A DNA stretch of 64,000 bases from an uncultured Gemmataceae bacterium (lineage in GTDB: Bacteria; Planctomycetota; Planctomycetia; Gemmatales; Gemmataceae): positions 192,001 through 256,000 of the forward strand of contig CAVVPN010000004.1 in NCBI GenBank assembly GCA_963750165.1, given 5' to 3'. The notes beneath the pieces were generated by a model. That model had not been told where the DNA came from. It did not search any database and saw only the letters and a list, made by a program, of their open reading frames with translations. Of the stretch, positions 1-11,553 are shown piece after piece. The stretch's first letter is position 1, and each line of letters starts with the position of its first letter. Position numbers and translations under genes: made by a program.

Positions 1-1735
1 TCGTGAACTCTGGATACTTCTCGATCACCTGCTGGTAGCGCTTCGCCGTCTCGTCGTACAGCGCGGCCAGCGCTTTTGCGCGGTCGGGCAGGTTCGGGTT
101 CTTCTCCGCGGCCAGGGTGCGGAAATAGCTGTTCTCGGCGTGGCGGAACAGCACCGGCCCCGCCAGGATGCTGCGGGCATATTTCTCCAGGAAGCGGCTG
201 ACTGCCTTGTCGGACTCGTTGAAATCGCCCGCCAGGTGCAGCGCCGTCACCAGCCGCTGCAACAGTTCCTGTTCGCGCTGCGGTGTGATCTTGTCGGCCA
301 GCAACTGGCCGTAGACCGCCGCGGCTTCCTTGTATTGCTTGATGCCCTGCTGCGTGTCAGCCAGTTCCAGCAGGATGTCGGTGCGGCGGGCCTTCGCCTC
401 GGGGTCGGTCGCGGCCAGCTGCTGCGCCCTGTCCGCCGCCTGGCGAAAACCATCCAGCGCCGCCTTCACCGCCTGCTCATGAGCGGGTGCCGCCGGCGGC
501 GCCGCACCGACGCGGGCCTTCGACAACCAGAACAGCACCTGATCGTCCAGCCGCGCTTCCTTGCCGAGCAGTGGCGCCAGCGTTTTCAGCGCCTCGCCGA
601 ACTCGCGCAACTGCACCTGACAGAAGCCGAGCCGCAGCCGGGCCTCCGGCAGCATGGTCGAGCCGGGGTACAGCCTGGCGAAGTCCGCGAAACGGCCACG
701 AGCGTCGCCGAATTTGCCGCCCTCGTAGAGCAGCACGCCGAGATAAAACGCGGCCCGGCTCACGTGATCCGGCGCCGGCTTTTGCAGCAAGTCCTGCCAT
801 TGCGCCTTGAGCGTCGGATTCTTCTGCACCTCCGGTTTCGTCAGCGCCACCTGGGCCAGCTTCTTGTTGCGGGCGTAGTCGTGCAACACTGCTTCGTAAT
901 GCAGCGCAGCCTCGGCGCGCTCGTCGGCCTGGTGGTGCGTCCGCGCCAGCAGATAGCGGGCGTGCGTGCCGTAAACGGGGTGCGTGAACGGCGCCAGCAT
1001 CACCAGTGTGGTTTCCGCGGCGGCATAATCCTTCGCCAGAAAACTACCGAAGCCGTGCAGGTAGCGACCCAGGTCGCGGAAGCGGCTGCGCACCGGCACG
1101 GGCTCCTTGACGAACGGGGCGGTCAGTTCCTGCGCTTCCTTGCCCTTGCCCAGCCGCAGCAACATCTCAGCCTCGTCGCAGCGGGCGCGGAGGGCCCACT
1201 CCAGCACGGGCGGCAGTTCCTTCTGATCGGGCGGCAGTTTCCCGGCGCGGGCGGTGAAGGCCAGGCGGGCGGCGAAAAATTGTTTGCCGGCGTCATCGAA
1301 GAACTTGAGGGCGGCCTGCTGTCGTTGTGCCCGCTCCTGCGGTTTCGTCTGGGCAATGGCCAGTTCCTGCACGCCGAGGCCGCGCAGGGCGACGCCCAGG
1401 TGATAGACGGCGCTGGCGTGTTCGGGGAAGTTTTTGTTGGCAGCGACGGGCTGGAGCAGATCGCGGGCCTCGGCGTACTTCCTGTCGGCGCCTTCGAGCA
1501 GCACCAGGGCGAGGCCGTGACGGGCGCCGGCGGCGTCCTTGAGGTTGCCGAAGCGCTGTAAATATTCGCGGAATTTGGCGGCCGCGAAGGGATAGTTTTT
1601 CTCGTTGAACGCCTTGCGGGCGCTGTTGAGCAGCAGGTCGGCCTGCTGTTCGTTGGTGAGTTGGGCGGCCGCAGGGCCGATGGCGAGGGTCAGCAGCAAG
1701 GCGGCGAGGAGGCGAGCGCGGCGGGGTGCGGACAT
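1..1735 (-). CDS. Secreted tetratricopeptide-repeat (TPR) protein, 3'-truncated by window edge
   Basis: Translated by hand (absent from the ORF track because it has no stop in the window). ATG at 1735 follows GGAGG. It begins MSAPRRARLLAALLLTLAIGPAAAQ (signal-peptide-like), then TPR-like helices (NYPFAAAKFREYLQRF, AAFYLGVLLYEGGKFGDARGRFADFARLYP). The frame is consistent to base 2. Confidence 0.85.
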   Translation of the reverse strand, partial: MSAPRRARLLAALLLTLAIGPAAAQLTNEQQADLLLNSARKAFNEKNYPFAAAKFREYLQRFGNLKDAAGARHGLALVLLEGADRKYAEARDLLQPVAANKNFPEHASAVYHLGVALRGLGVQELAIAQTKPQERAQRQQAALKFFDDAGKQFFAARLAFTARAGKLPPDQKELPPVLEWALRARCDEAEMLLRLGKGKEAQELTAPFVKEPVPVRSRFRDLGRYLHGFGSFLAKDYAAAETTLVMLAPFTHPVYGTHARYLLARTHHQADERAEAALHYEAVLHDYARNKKLAQVALTKPEVQKNPTLKAQWQDLLQKPAPDHVSRAAFYLGVLLYEGGKFGDARGRFADFARLYPGSTMLPEARLRLGFCQVQLREFGEALKTLAPLLGKEARLDDQVLFWLSKARVGAAPPAAPAHEQAVKAALDGFRQAADRAQQLAATDPEAKARRTDILLELADTQQGIKQYKEAAAVYGQLLADKITPQREQELLQRLVTALHLAGDFNESDKAVSRFLEKYARSILAGPVLFRHAENSYFRTLAAEKNPNLPDRAKALAALYDETAKRYQQVIEKYPEFT

Positions 1736-1986
1736 GGGTGGGAAACCTCCTGCAAACGACGGCGGCGCGGCTGCGGTCAACGAAGAGATAGACGTTCGCC
1801 GCGGGGCGAGAGTTTCACAATTTGCCGGCCGCAAGGGGGGGTAGCGAGTGGCGGCCGACGCCCTGTTCCAATTCCGCCATTGTGGGCGTGCGGCGCGGAG
1901 TCGTCAACCGGCCCTTTGACACATTCTCGACCAGCCACGACAATTCTCGGGGCTGGTGGAGGCAACGGCTCGCCCGGGGGTGCATC

Positions 1987-3225
1987 ATGACGGTCATCAA
2001 TTTCCAGGTCATCATCGTCAACGACGCCGGCCAGTGGGTCAGCCGCATGACCCGGCCGGCCGACACGGCGCTGTTCGCCATCCTGGCCGACGCGCTGGCC
2101 GAGCACCGCCTGGCTGGCGGGACCGCGGAGTGGGTGGTGCGTTGCACGGGCGTCTTGCTCGGCTGGGAGCAGCGCTTGCAGGACATTTTGGTGGCGTTCA
2201 AGGAGCCGTTGGCGCTCGTCGTGCAGGCGCGCTCGTATGCCATTCCCGGCCCGCGCGCCGCGGTGGTTGTGCCTCCCCCCGCCTCGCCCCCACCCATCCC
2301 CCCGCCTGGGGCACCGTCGGGGGTCGGTCAACCGCCACCCAAGGAACAGGACATTTTTGCAGACGCCGACATTCCTCGTAAGGATGAGGAAGGATCGGAG
2401 GTGGTCTCCTTTGATGTGGAAACGGATGATTTTGACCGTGTCCTGGGGCCGGAAACGCCCTTTGCTGATTTAGAGTGCCCAAGCGGAATCAGCCTTGAAA
2501 ACCCTGAAGACAGCGAGGTGGTCGCCCTCGACGAGGACGTGGACGAGGAGGAAGCCGATATCCTCGTTCGGCGCCGCGTCTCCCGTGCGGCCTTGGAAGA
2601 ACCCCCGCGGCAGGTCGAACGCCGCGCCACCGTGCGCTACTACAGCCGCATGAACCCCGAGCGCCTGTTCCCGCTGCTGGTCGTCCTCTCCCGCAAGTCC
2701 ATCCAGAAGGTCGTCAAGAAGGCCGTCAAGCAGGCCGAGTCCGCTGGCTTCCGCGTGACCGAAGGCTCGGTCGTCGAGGTCGAGCCGATCCTGCCCGGCT
2801 GCAACGTCTATCCGCCACGCGAGCCGGTCACCATCGAGAAGTCCGTCGCTCAGGCCACGTTCTGGGTGGTGCCGTACGTCCTCGGCCGGGTGCAGCACGC
2901 GCGCGTCGTCGTGCGCCAGGACGGCCGGGTGCTGGCGGAGGTGCCGTTGCAGGTGAAAGTCGTCAAGCAGACCGCGGCCATCGTCGCGGGCGTGCTCAGC
3001 CTGGTGCTGCCCTACGCCTCCAAGGCGGCGGAACACTTCGGCCTCGACTGGACGACGCAGCAGCAGCAAGGCTTCGCGCTGTACTGGTGGCTGGCCCGGG
3101 CGGTCCTCGGCGTGCTGCGGCCGGAGGTGCTCGGCCTGGGACTGCTGCTGTTGACCGCGGCGCTGTACCTGGCGATGCGGCCGCGCAAGCGCGAGGTCTT
3201 CTGGGACATCGAGCCAGTGTCCTGA
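1987..3225 (+). CDS. Hypothetical membrane-anchored protein (Pro-rich and acidic linker, C-terminal hydrophobic helices)
   Basis: Long ORF with GC3-biased codons; ATG at 1987 preferred over the upstream TTG; two or three hydrophobic segments near the C-terminus; no family recognised. Confidence 0.7.
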   Translation: MTVINFQVIIVNDAGQWVSRMTRPADTALFAILADALAEHRLAGGTAEWVVRCTGVLLGWEQRLQDILVAFKEPLALVVQARSYAIPGPRAAVVVPPPASPPPIPPPGAPSGVGQPPPKEQDIFADADIPRKDEEGSEVVSFDVETDDFDRVLGPETPFADLECPSGISLENPEDSEVVALDEDVDEEEADILVRRRVSRAALEEPPRQVERRATVRYYSRMNPERLFPLLVVLSRKSIQKVVKKAVKQAESAGFRVTEGSVVEVEPILPGCNVYPPREPVTIEKSVAQATFWVVPYVLGRVQHARVVVRQDGRVLAEVPLQVKVVKQTAAIVAGVLSLVLPYASKAAEHFGLDWTTQQQQGFALYWWLARAVLGVLRPEVLGLGLLLLTAALYLAMRPRKREVFWDIEPVS

Positions 3226-3240
3226 AGTGGCACAGGGCAA

Positions 3241-3309
3241 GGGCGCCGCTTCTCGACGTATGAAAAAGTTGGCCCCCTTGGCCCCCTTGGCCCCCTTGCT
3301 GTGGCAACC
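3241..3309 (-). repeat. Dispersed ~69-bp element, copy 1 (GCCAA 9-bp periodic core followed by CTTTTTCAYACGTCGAGAA)
   Basis: Reverse complement matches 22993-23061 and 32513-32580. Confidence 0.85.
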
Positions 3310-3477
3310 CACGCCAGGCCATGCCGCTCTTGCACGCCGCCGCGCTGCGCCATACACAAACAGTCTGATGTTTCCGTGTTCGCGGCGGCAAACTTGCCGG
3401 CGGCCTGCATCGTCATAAGCTGGAAGCGTGTTCCCGGCAGAACCGCTGCACCCAGTCCTGAACGAATGGACGGCGCG

Positions 3478-4479
3478 ATGATTAGCGTCAACAACCTCAG
3501 CAAATATTTCGGCCCGGTCATGGCCATCGACCGTGTTAGTTTCGAGGTGGCCCGCGGCGAGATCGTCGGCTTTCTCGGACCCAACGGTGCCGGCAAGACC
3601 ACGACCATGCGCATCCTGACCAGCTTCCTGCCGGCGACCAGTGGCGTCGCCCGGGTCGCCGGCTTCGATGTGATGACGCAGAGCATGGACGTGCGCCGCA
3701 ACATCGGTTATCTGCCCGAGAGCGTACCGCTCTACCCCGAGATGCGCGTCGCGGAGTACCTCGACTACCGTGCCAAACTCAAGGGCGTCCCGCGCAAGGA
3801 TCGACCGCGGCGCATCGAGTATTGCCTGGACCGTGCCCGCCTCCGCGAGGTTCGCCGCCGGTTGCTCGGCACGCTGTCGAAGGGCTATCGGCAGCGCGTC
3901 GGCCTGGCGGACACGCTGGTCCACGACCCGGTCATCCTCATCATGGATGAGCCGACCGCCGGCCTCGATCCGGTGCAGATCCGCGAGACGCTGGCGCTGA
4001 TCCAGGAGCTGGGCGAGGCGCACACCATCCTGCTCTCAACGCACATCCTGTCCGAGGTGGAGGCGGTGTGCGAGCGGGTCATCATCATCAACCGCGGCCG
4101 CATCGGCGCCAGCAAAACGCTCGCCGACCTGGAGGCGCAGATGGTGATCGTGCTCGAGGTGCGCGGCCCATCGGAGCAGGTGGCGGCGGCGCTGCGGGGC
4201 GTCGGCGGCGTGGTTGGCGTCACGGTCAAGAAGCTGGACGACGAGTTCAACCGCTTCGAGGTGCGCACACAGGACAACCGTGACCTGCGCGAGGAATTGG
4301 CCCAGGCGGTGTTCGGCAAACACTGGGCGCTGCGGCGGCTGGAACTGCACCGCCGCACGCTCGAAGAGGCGTTCTTCGACGTGCTGCGCGAACAGAACCC
4401 GTTGCGCGACCTGGGCGGCCACAAGCCGAGCGAGGCCATCAAGGAGGCTCCTGCCCCGGCGGCCGCCGCTCAGCCGTGA
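3478..4479 (+). CDS. ABC-2 type transporter ATP-binding protein (GldA-like)
   Basis: Walker A GPNGAGKTT, signature LSKGYRQR, Walker B ILIMDEPT, H-loop STH. Confidence 0.95.
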   Translation: MISVNNLSKYFGPVMAIDRVSFEVARGEIVGFLGPNGAGKTTTMRILTSFLPATSGVARVAGFDVMTQSMDVRRNIGYLPESVPLYPEMRVAEYLDYRAKLKGVPRKDRPRRIEYCLDRARLREVRRRLLGTLSKGYRQRVGLADTLVHDPVILIMDEPTAGLDPVQIRETLALIQELGEAHTILLSTHILSEVEAVCERVIIINRGRIGASKTLADLEAQMVIVLEVRGPSEQVAAALRGVGGVVGVTVKKLDDEFNRFEVRTQDNRDLREELAQAVFGKHWALRRLELHRRTLEEAFFDVLREQNPLRDLGGHKPSEAIKEAPAPAAAAQP

Positions 4480-4488
4480 GCCCCACTG

Positions 4489-4542
4489 GCTCGGATTTAT
4501 CGTTTCGCGCGGAGTGACCAGCGCGAAACGATAAATCCGAGC
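4489..4542. repeat. Perfect 22-bp-arm inverted repeat (REP-like hairpin) inside the ABC operon
   Basis: gctcggatttatcgtttcgcgc, 10-nt loop, gcgcgaaacgataaatccgagc; no U-tract. Confidence 0.85.
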
Positions 4543-4591
4543 ACCCCGACCACCACGACGACAACCTCTGCGAAGGGGAGGACGATACCGT

Positions 4592-6230
4592 ATGGCATCC
4601 AAGGCGATCCGGCCCAGGCGGGACGAGGGCCCGCTGGCGAGCGGCTGGCAGACCATCCGCGAAAGCACCCCTCGGTGATGCGTGAAGAGGCGTCCTCGGG
4701 GCCGCGCTACGTGGCCCTGGTCGGCCTGATGGGCATCGCCCTCGGCGCCGCCGCCATCCTCCGCGACGCTGGCCCGGCGTTCCTGCGTGGGCCCTACCTG
4801 ATCGGCAGCGGCTGGGGCACCCTCTTTTTTCTCCTGGGCTTTTGCGGTCTGCTGTACCACGCCGCCAGCGAAAAGGATCTCCAGTACCGCCGCGTCTACG
4901 CCATGCTCGGCGTGCTGTTCTGGGTGATCGGCGTCGGTCTGCGACTGCTGCCCTACGAGTACGCCGGGACGCGGATGTGGGGCGGCCTGTGGCTGGCCTA
5001 CGGCAGTCCCGCCATGCTGCTGGCCCTCGGCTTTCTGGCGGCCTACACGCGCCACGAGACCGACGAAAAGGTCCGCTTCTACTTCACCAACCTCATCGCC
5101 TTCACCGGCATCGCCCTGGCCCTGCTGGGCGCCGTCGTCGGCTACTTCAGCGAAGCCTTCCTGGTGACGCACGGTCTGGCGGCGCTGCTGCTGGGTCTGC
5201 TCTACCTGGGCGTCTTCGTCGGCCTGGAGGGCACCGCCAGCCCGCGCGGCTACTACGGCGGTCTGGCGCTCTCCCTGCTGGGCGGTGTCATGTTCGCCGC
5301 CGCGCTGATCCGCTCCGTCGGCCCGTTCGTGCTGTACTGGATCCATCTGCGCAGCTCGATGCCGACCGACAACTTCACGATGCCCTCCGGCCTGGTGCTC
5401 ATGTATGCCGGCCTGGAATACCTGGCGATGGGCTGGCTGATCTGCTCCGACCGGCCCCTGGCGGTGCTCACCCGCCGCGAACTGGCCTCCTACTTTTACT
5501 CGCCGATCGCCTACGTCGTCATCGTCGGCATGGCGGTCATTGGCTGGTTCATGTACGCCCAGTTCGTCGGCCGCATCATGGAGGCTTCCGAGCAGGTGGC
5601 CATCTCACCCGGCGGCATGTCCCGCTACACGTTGGAGCCGATTGTCTTCAACTACGTGGTCGATATTTTTCCGATCATCTGCGTCATCTTCATCGTGCCC
5701 GTGCTGACCATGCGGCAGCTGAGCGAGGAGCGGCGCACCGGCACCCTGGAGGTGCTGCTGACCGCCCCGGTGAGCGAGACGCCGGTGGTGCTGAGCAAGT
5801 TTCTGGCGGCCTTCCGCATGTACCTGTTGTGCTGGTATCCCTGGGCCTTGTACCTGATCGCCTTCCGTGTGGAGTCCGGCCAGGAGTTTGACTACCGGCC
5901 GTTGCTGGCGTTCTTCTTCCTGCTGGCCGCGTCCGGGGCTGGCTTTTTGGCGATGGGCCTGTTTTTCTCCGCCGTGACGCGCAGCCAGATTGCCGCCGCC
6001 ATCCTCACCTTCGTCGGCATGATTTTCCTGACGCTCATTTACTGGCTGGCAGCGTCGCTGCCCCAGGAAAGCAGCCTGCCGCGGTCCTGGAGTACGCCTC
6101 CTTCGTGACCCAGTGGCTGGAAACCATGCAGGGCCGGCTGACGCCGAAATACCTGGTGGTCCACATCTCGGCAGCGATCTTTTGGCTGTTCGTGACCGTA
6201 AAGATTCTGGAAGCCCGCAAGTGGAGTTGA
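4592..6230 (+). CDS. ABC-2 transporter permease (GldF-like, extended N-terminal membrane region); apparent frameshifts at ~4668 and ~6078
   Basis: Motifs RRELASYFYSPIAY and LTMRQLSEERRTGTLEVLLTAPV. The RBS-preceded ATG at 4592 joins the 4675 frame by -1. The C-terminus continues in the -1 frame as AVLEYASFVTQWLETMQGRLTPKYLVVHISAAIFWLFVTVKILEARKWS* (stop 6230). Confidence 0.88.
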
Positions 6231-6237
6231 TCGACCG

Positions 6238-6306
6238 CTTCGTGGGTAGTACCGCCTTCAGGCGGTCTTCGCGCAAACCCGCCTGAAGGCGGTGCTACCA
6301 ACGAAG
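6238..6306. repeat. GTAG-type REP doublet (REPIN-like)
   Basis: cttcgtgggtagtaccgccttcaggcgg ... ccgcctgaaggcggtgctaccaacgaag: inverted arms, GTAG followed by an internal hairpin. Confidence 0.8.
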
Positions 6307-6327
6307 AAGCCCGTACGAGGAATTCTC

Positions 6328-8938
6328 ATGGCGACGCAACCGAACCCCGCCGCCTTGCCGACCCTGGAGCAACTGCGCGGCGAGCGCCGCTGGACCGGTC
6401 TGGGCTTTTGCTGGATCGCCCTGCTGCTGGCCCTGCTGGCGCTCTGGCAGACGGCCCGTGAGCTGGACATACCCGTCGTGGTCTACCTGCTGTGGGCCTG
6501 GGCGGCCGTGACCCTGGCGGCCGGCTTGTCCCTGCTCCGGCCGATCCGCGTCGCGCCGACCGAGGCCGAGACCGTGCAGCGCTTGGCCGGCCAGCGGCAG
6601 ACGTTCGGCCTGGTCCTGTACGGCTACACGCTGTTGCTGCTGGGCCTGGCCCTGTGGTTGGCCACCACGCGCAGATTGGCCGCGTTCGGCGAATCGTCCA
6701 GTGTCGTGCTGCTGGCGCTGCTCTGCGCCATCGGCGGGCTGGCGCTGCGCGGCGCTGGCGGGCCGGTTCGACCAGGAGCGGACGTTGCAATGGCTCATCC
6801 AGCGGCGGCCGATTGTGATGCGCGTCCTGATCTTCGGCGGCCTGCTGCTGATGGCGGTCGGCCTGATCGTCCTGATCCGCGCCGGCCTGCCGAGCCTGTG
6901 GGCGACCTTCCCCGTCGGCGGCGGTCTGTTCCTGCTCGGTTTGGTATTCGTCGGCTGCGGCCTGTGGGCGCTGCTCACCAACGTCGTCGAGTTGACCGCC
7001 CAGCAGATGCGCATCCTGGTGTTGATCCTCGGCGGCCTGTCCGGCCTGGTGATCGCGCTCATGACCGGCATGAAGATTTACCAGTTGTGGTCCGACATTT
7101 TCGCGGGCGGCATTCAGGTCTGGCAGCAGAGCGAGAAGGGCTGGAAGCTGTGGACCTGCATTTACGTCGAACTGACCGGCCTGGTGCTGATGTTCGCCAG
7201 CCTGCTGCTGGTGCGCGGCGACGTGCGTGACAACGCCGTCCTGCGCCGCCTGCTCTATGGCTACAACAGCGTCGTCACGGGCGTGCTGGTGCTGGCCATG
7301 CTGGTGCTGCTCAACGTGCTGACCTACGCCGCCTTCCCGCTCACCTTCGAGTGGACCAAGACGCGCGGCCTGTACAGCCTCAGCGACAGTTCCAAGAGCA
7401 TCCTGGAAAACCTCAAAGAATCGGTGAAGGTGTACGTCCTGCTGAGCGAGCGCGACCCCTTCCAGCGCGACACCCGCGTGCTGCTGGACAACTGCCAGGC
7501 TTACTCGCCGAAGTTCGAGACCGTGTACATCGACCCGGATCGCGATGTCGGCGAGTACCAGCGGCTGACCGAGAAGTATCCCGAGCTGAAGCGCGAGCAG
7601 AAGGTCGTCACCCGCCAGGGCCAGGAAAGCGAGGGCCGCGGCCTGCTGGTGGTGTTCGGCGCCGACGAGGCCGGCAAGCGGCCGCACGCCTTCATCCCCT
7701 TTACCGAACTGGGCGACCGCAAGTTCCCGCACGAGGGCAACAAGACCGCCACCCTGACGTTCCGCGGCGAACAGGCGCTCATGGAGAAAATCCAGCTGCT
7801 AAGCGAGAAGGGCAAGAAGCCGGTGGTGTACTTCACGCAGTTGAACGGTGAGCCGTTGATCGACGACCGCCAGAGCGCCGGCCTGGTCGTGGTGGGCGAC
7901 CTGGAGGGCGCCAGCCCGTACGTGGTGGCCGGCGACCTGGGGGCGAAGCTGAAGCGGGACAACTACGACGTGCGCGGCCTGATCTGGGGGCCGCCGGAAA
8001 AGCACCCGCAGTTCAAGGGCAACCCGATTTTCACCTTCGGCCGCAAGGACGCCAAGGCCACGGCGGACGCGGTGCCCGCCGACGCTGACCTGGTGGTCAT
8101 CCTGTACGCGGCCTTCCTGGCGGAGGCGCGCCCTTACCCGCCGGGCGGCCTCAAGGCCCTGGAAGACTACCTGAAGAACCGCGGCGGCCGGTTGATGGTG
8201 CTCAACCCGAGCCCGGTGGGCCTGCTGGACGGCAAGATCATCGACACGGGTGTGGCCGGGCTGGTGAAGAAGTACGGCGTTCAGGTCCAGGACGATTTCC
8301 TGTTGCAGTACAACGAACGGCTGCTGAAGGCCCAGGCCCAGCGCCGCATCTCGCCGCTGTGGGTAACGTTCGCGACGGGCGCCCAGAATTCGAGTAACAA
8401 GGTGGCGCGCCAGTTCAACGGCCCCTTGCTGGAGATGGTCCTGGCCCGGCCCATCCTGCCCGCCAGCACCGGGAACTTCAAGGCCGAGGCGCTCCTGGAG
8501 GTGCGGTCGCCGCCCAACGAAAAAGTCTGGAAGGATAACGACCCGGCCGCTTTCCGCAACTGGCGCACCTACCTCGGTCGGTTGCTCGAAAAGGACCAAC
8601 TGGAGGCCCGCCGCGTCCACGAGCCGGTGCCGGTCGCGGTGGCCGTGACCGACCTGCAGGCGCGGCCGCGACTGGTGGTCGTGGGCGACTCCCACAACAC
8701 CGCCAACGTGTACCTGAGCGGCGCCCCGAACTACTACGATTTCATCCGCAGTTCAATGGAGTGGCTGGTGGAGCGGCCGGCGCCGGCCATCGGCATCGCG
8801 CCCAAGGACCGGAGCCAGGTGCTGGTGCGGCGCGAAGACGTGAAAAGCGCCGAGCGCATGATCTGGCTGCCGCTGGGTCTGATGATGCTGCTGGTCGTTG
8901 GCACCGGCATGGGCGTCTGGGTCGTGCGGCGGCGCTGA
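6328..8938 (+). CDS. GldG-like ABC transporter auxiliary component with N-terminal multi-TM region; apparent frameshift at ~6750
   Basis: ATG 6328 after GAGGA. The hydrophobic N-terminus (6292 ORF) joins the 6701 ORF, which contains EWTKTRGLYSLSDSSKSILENLKESVKVYV, VVYFTQLNGE, RLVVVGDS and a C-terminal TM ending VWVVRRR. Confidence 0.85.
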
Positions 8939-9004
8939 CCGGGTTTGATTTTCTGCGGTCTCATGGTGCGGCCGGCTTCTGTGACGGAAAGGGTGTCTGC
9001 GCGT

Positions 9005-11548
9005 ATGAACTTCAAGACCACCTCGGTGCTGTTCGCCCTGCTGATCGCGATGCTGTTCGTGTTCGGTCTGACGCTGGCATGGAAGCACCGCGACCTCGAC
9101 AAGGGCTTCGTGCTGCCGAAGCTCGCCGAGGACAACACCCTGAAGGTGGACGCGCTGGAGGTCAAGACGAAAGACGGCGCCGACTATGCCTTCGCCCTGA
9201 AGGGCGAGCAGTGGTATCTGACCAACCTGCCCGGTTTCAAGGGCGGCGTCCGCGTGCAGAACCCGCGCATCGAGGAGATGATTAAACAAATCCGCACGGC
9301 CCGCAAGTCGGACGAGCCCTACGTCACCCGCAACCAGGCCGAGTGGGGATTGGACGCGCCGGAGCGGACCTTCATCCTGAGGCTGTCGGACGGGCAAGAG
9401 GCGAAGCTGTCCCTGGGCAAGACCAGTCCGGTCGGCGACTACGTGTACGTCAGCTCCTCGGAGCGGCCGCGCGATGTGCTGGCGGTCCCCAAGAACACGA
9501 TCAACGACCTGTTCTTCAAGGACATCAACGAGCTGCGCTCGCGGCAGTTGTTGGAGGTAAACGAGAATACCGCCCAGGAGGTGGACCTGCGCGAGAAGGT
9601 GGGCGGCAAGTCGCACGTGCTGATTCTGAAGAAGAACCAGGAGGCACTGTGGCACTTCGTGGAGCCGAAGCTCGGCCCGGCGGACTTCGAGGGCGACCTG
9701 AGCAAGCCACTGGAGCCGGGGGCGCGCCAGGTCCGCAGTGTCAAGGACCTGCTGACCATCCTGGGCGCCATCGTGGTCGAGGACTTCGAGCCGGCCGGCC
9801 GACAGCCGTTTGATGCGAACAACGCCCTGCTCACGATCACCGTCCAGCGCGAGGTCGGCAAGGGCACCACCAAGGAGACGCTGTACATCGGCCCAAAGGT
9901 TTCCGGTCAGGACAAGGAGAAAGGACAGTATTACGCCCGGTTGTCCACCGACGAAGGTGTGGTCCGCGTCAGTGCCGCCCGCATCGATCCGTTGCTGAAG
10001 GTGGTGGACGATCCCGCGAAGTTGCGCAGCCATGACCTGACGCAGCTCAGCCTGGCGCGGCCGCCGGATCGCATCCAGATCCGCAAGGGCCCGGGACTCA
10101 AGGAGGAAATCAACCTGTACCGGCCGGGCAATGACTGGGAGGTGGTGACGCCGAGCAAGCGCATGAAGGCCAACCAGCAGGCCGTCGGCGAGCAGGGCCT
10201 GATCGGGGCGTTGCAAGGCAAACGGCAGATCAAGACCTTTTTGGACGACCCCAGGCAGAGCGACGAACAACTTGGTCTGGACGCCGCCAAGCCTGGCCCG
10301 AACGGCCCCGAGGCGGTGGTGGAGGTGTTCGAGAACAGCCTGGAGTTCCCGAAGGCGAACGACACCAAGGAGAAGGACAAGGGCAAGAGCAAAGGCAAGG
10401 AGAAAGACAAGGGGGTAGCGCAGCCCAACCCGAAGGCGAAGCCGGTGGTGACACTGACGTTCAGCAGGGAAGACAAGAGTGAGGTGAAGGTCAAGCGCGT
10501 GACGGCGGACGGCGGCGTGACGCGCTTCACCATGACCGCGGACGTGCTGGACAAGGTGACGCAGGGGCCGCTGGCGTACCTGGACACGACCCTGCCGACG
10601 CTGCCGGAATCAATCGCCAAACTGGAGTTGAAGCGCAACCTGCCCGAGAGCAAGGTCGATTTCATCGTCAAGCTGGAAAAGAAGAAGAAGAAGGACAAGG
10701 ACGGCAAGGACACCAAGGAATCCACGGAAGAATGGGTGCTGGAGCAGCCGAAGGACCTGCCTGGTGGCAAGGCGGATCAGCAGAACGTCGAAAACGTGCT
10801 CAACCAGTTGCACGCGCTGACGGTCAAGAAGTGGGTGGAGAAGGCCTTGAATCCGAAGAACCCGCCATACGGCCTGGCCAGCCCGGCCATCACCGTCATC
10901 GCCTACCCGGAGAAGAAGGCGGGCGAGAAAGACGAGCCGAAGCCGATGATTTACAAGTTCGGCAGCGAGGTCACCAGCGGCAAGGACAAGGGCGACGTTT
11001 ACGCCATGCTCGGTGGCGACAGCGACACCGGCGAACTGTCCGGCCTGATCTTCCTGGTGGACAAGGCCAGCTTCGACGCCTTGAAAACTGTCGAGTTGCG
11101 CGACCGCACCGTCCTCAAGTTCGAGCCGGCCAAGATCAAGGAGGTCAAGGTATCGGTCCTGGCTGGGAAGACGCCCCTGGACGGGGTGTTCAAGCGCGCC
11201 GACAAGAGCTGGAACTCCACCGGCCAGCGGGTACTCGCGTTCGCGCCGCAGAAGGTGGACGCCCTGCTGGGGCAGCTGAAGGACCTGAAGGCGGAGCGCT
11301 ACGAGATGTTTAACGCCAGGGGCAAGGAGTCCGGCTATGGGTTGGGTGAGGATGCCCCGCTGAAGATCACCCTCGTGCTGGACGACGCGAAGGCGGCGCC
11401 GATCACGCTGACCGTGGGCAATCAGACGGCGGACAAGTCGGGCTACTACGCCCGCGCCAGCACGCTGCCGGATGTCATCTTCGTGGTGAAGACGGCCGAG
11501 TTCACCCCGCTGCTGGGCGGTCTTGATTTCTTCAGCCGCGGTAAGTAG
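9005..11548 (+). CDS. DUF4340-repeat protein (typical fourth gene of GldAFG-like operons)
   Basis: N-terminal anchor MNFKTTSVLFALL; repeated (W/Y)GL..P, LSLGKTSP and YYAR motifs; operon position. Confidence 0.8.
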   Translation: MNFKTTSVLFALLIAMLFVFGLTLAWKHRDLDKGFVLPKLAEDNTLKVDALEVKTKDGADYAFALKGEQWYLTNLPGFKGGVRVQNPRIEEMIKQIRTARKSDEPYVTRNQAEWGLDAPERTFILRLSDGQEAKLSLGKTSPVGDYVYVSSSERPRDVLAVPKNTINDLFFKDINELRSRQLLEVNENTAQEVDLREKVGGKSHVLILKKNQEALWHFVEPKLGPADFEGDLSKPLEPGARQVRSVKDLLTILGAIVVEDFEPAGRQPFDANNALLTITVQREVGKGTTKETLYIGPKVSGQDKEKGQYYARLSTDEGVVRVSAARIDPLLKVVDDPAKLRSHDLTQLSLARPPDRIQIRKGPGLKEEINLYRPGNDWEVVTPSKRMKANQQAVGEQGLIGALQGKRQIKTFLDDPRQSDEQLGLDAAKPGPNGPEAVVEVFENSLEFPKANDTKEKDKGKSKGKEKDKGVAQPNPKAKPVVTLTFSREDKSEVKVKRVTADGGVTRFTMTADVLDKVTQGPLAYLDTTLPTLPESIAKLELKRNLPESKVDFIVKLEKKKKKDKDGKDTKESTEEWVLEQPKDLPGGKADQQNVENVLNQLHALTVKKWVEKALNPKNPPYGLASPAITVIAYPEKKAGEKDEPKPMIYKFGSEVTSGKDKGDVYAMLGGDSDTGELSGLIFLVDKASFDALKTVELRDRTVLKFEPAKIKEVKVSVLAGKTPLDGVFKRADKSWNSTGQRVLAFAPQKVDALLGQLKDLKAERYEMFNARGKESGYGLGEDAPLKITLVLDDAKAAPITLTVGNQTADKSGYYARASTLPDVIFVVKTAEFTPLLGGLDFFSRGK

Positions 11549-11553
11549 GTGAA

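Noticed and set aside
140..1561. 473-aa plus-strand ORF
   Set aside because: Antisense shadow of the minus-strand TPR gene, which has an RBS, a signal peptide and recognisable repeats.
3478..8938. Calling the ABC operon a gliding-motility system (gldAFG)
   Set aside because: GldA/F/G-like transporters are widespread in non-gliding bacteria and no other gld/spr genes are present, so no symbols were assigned.
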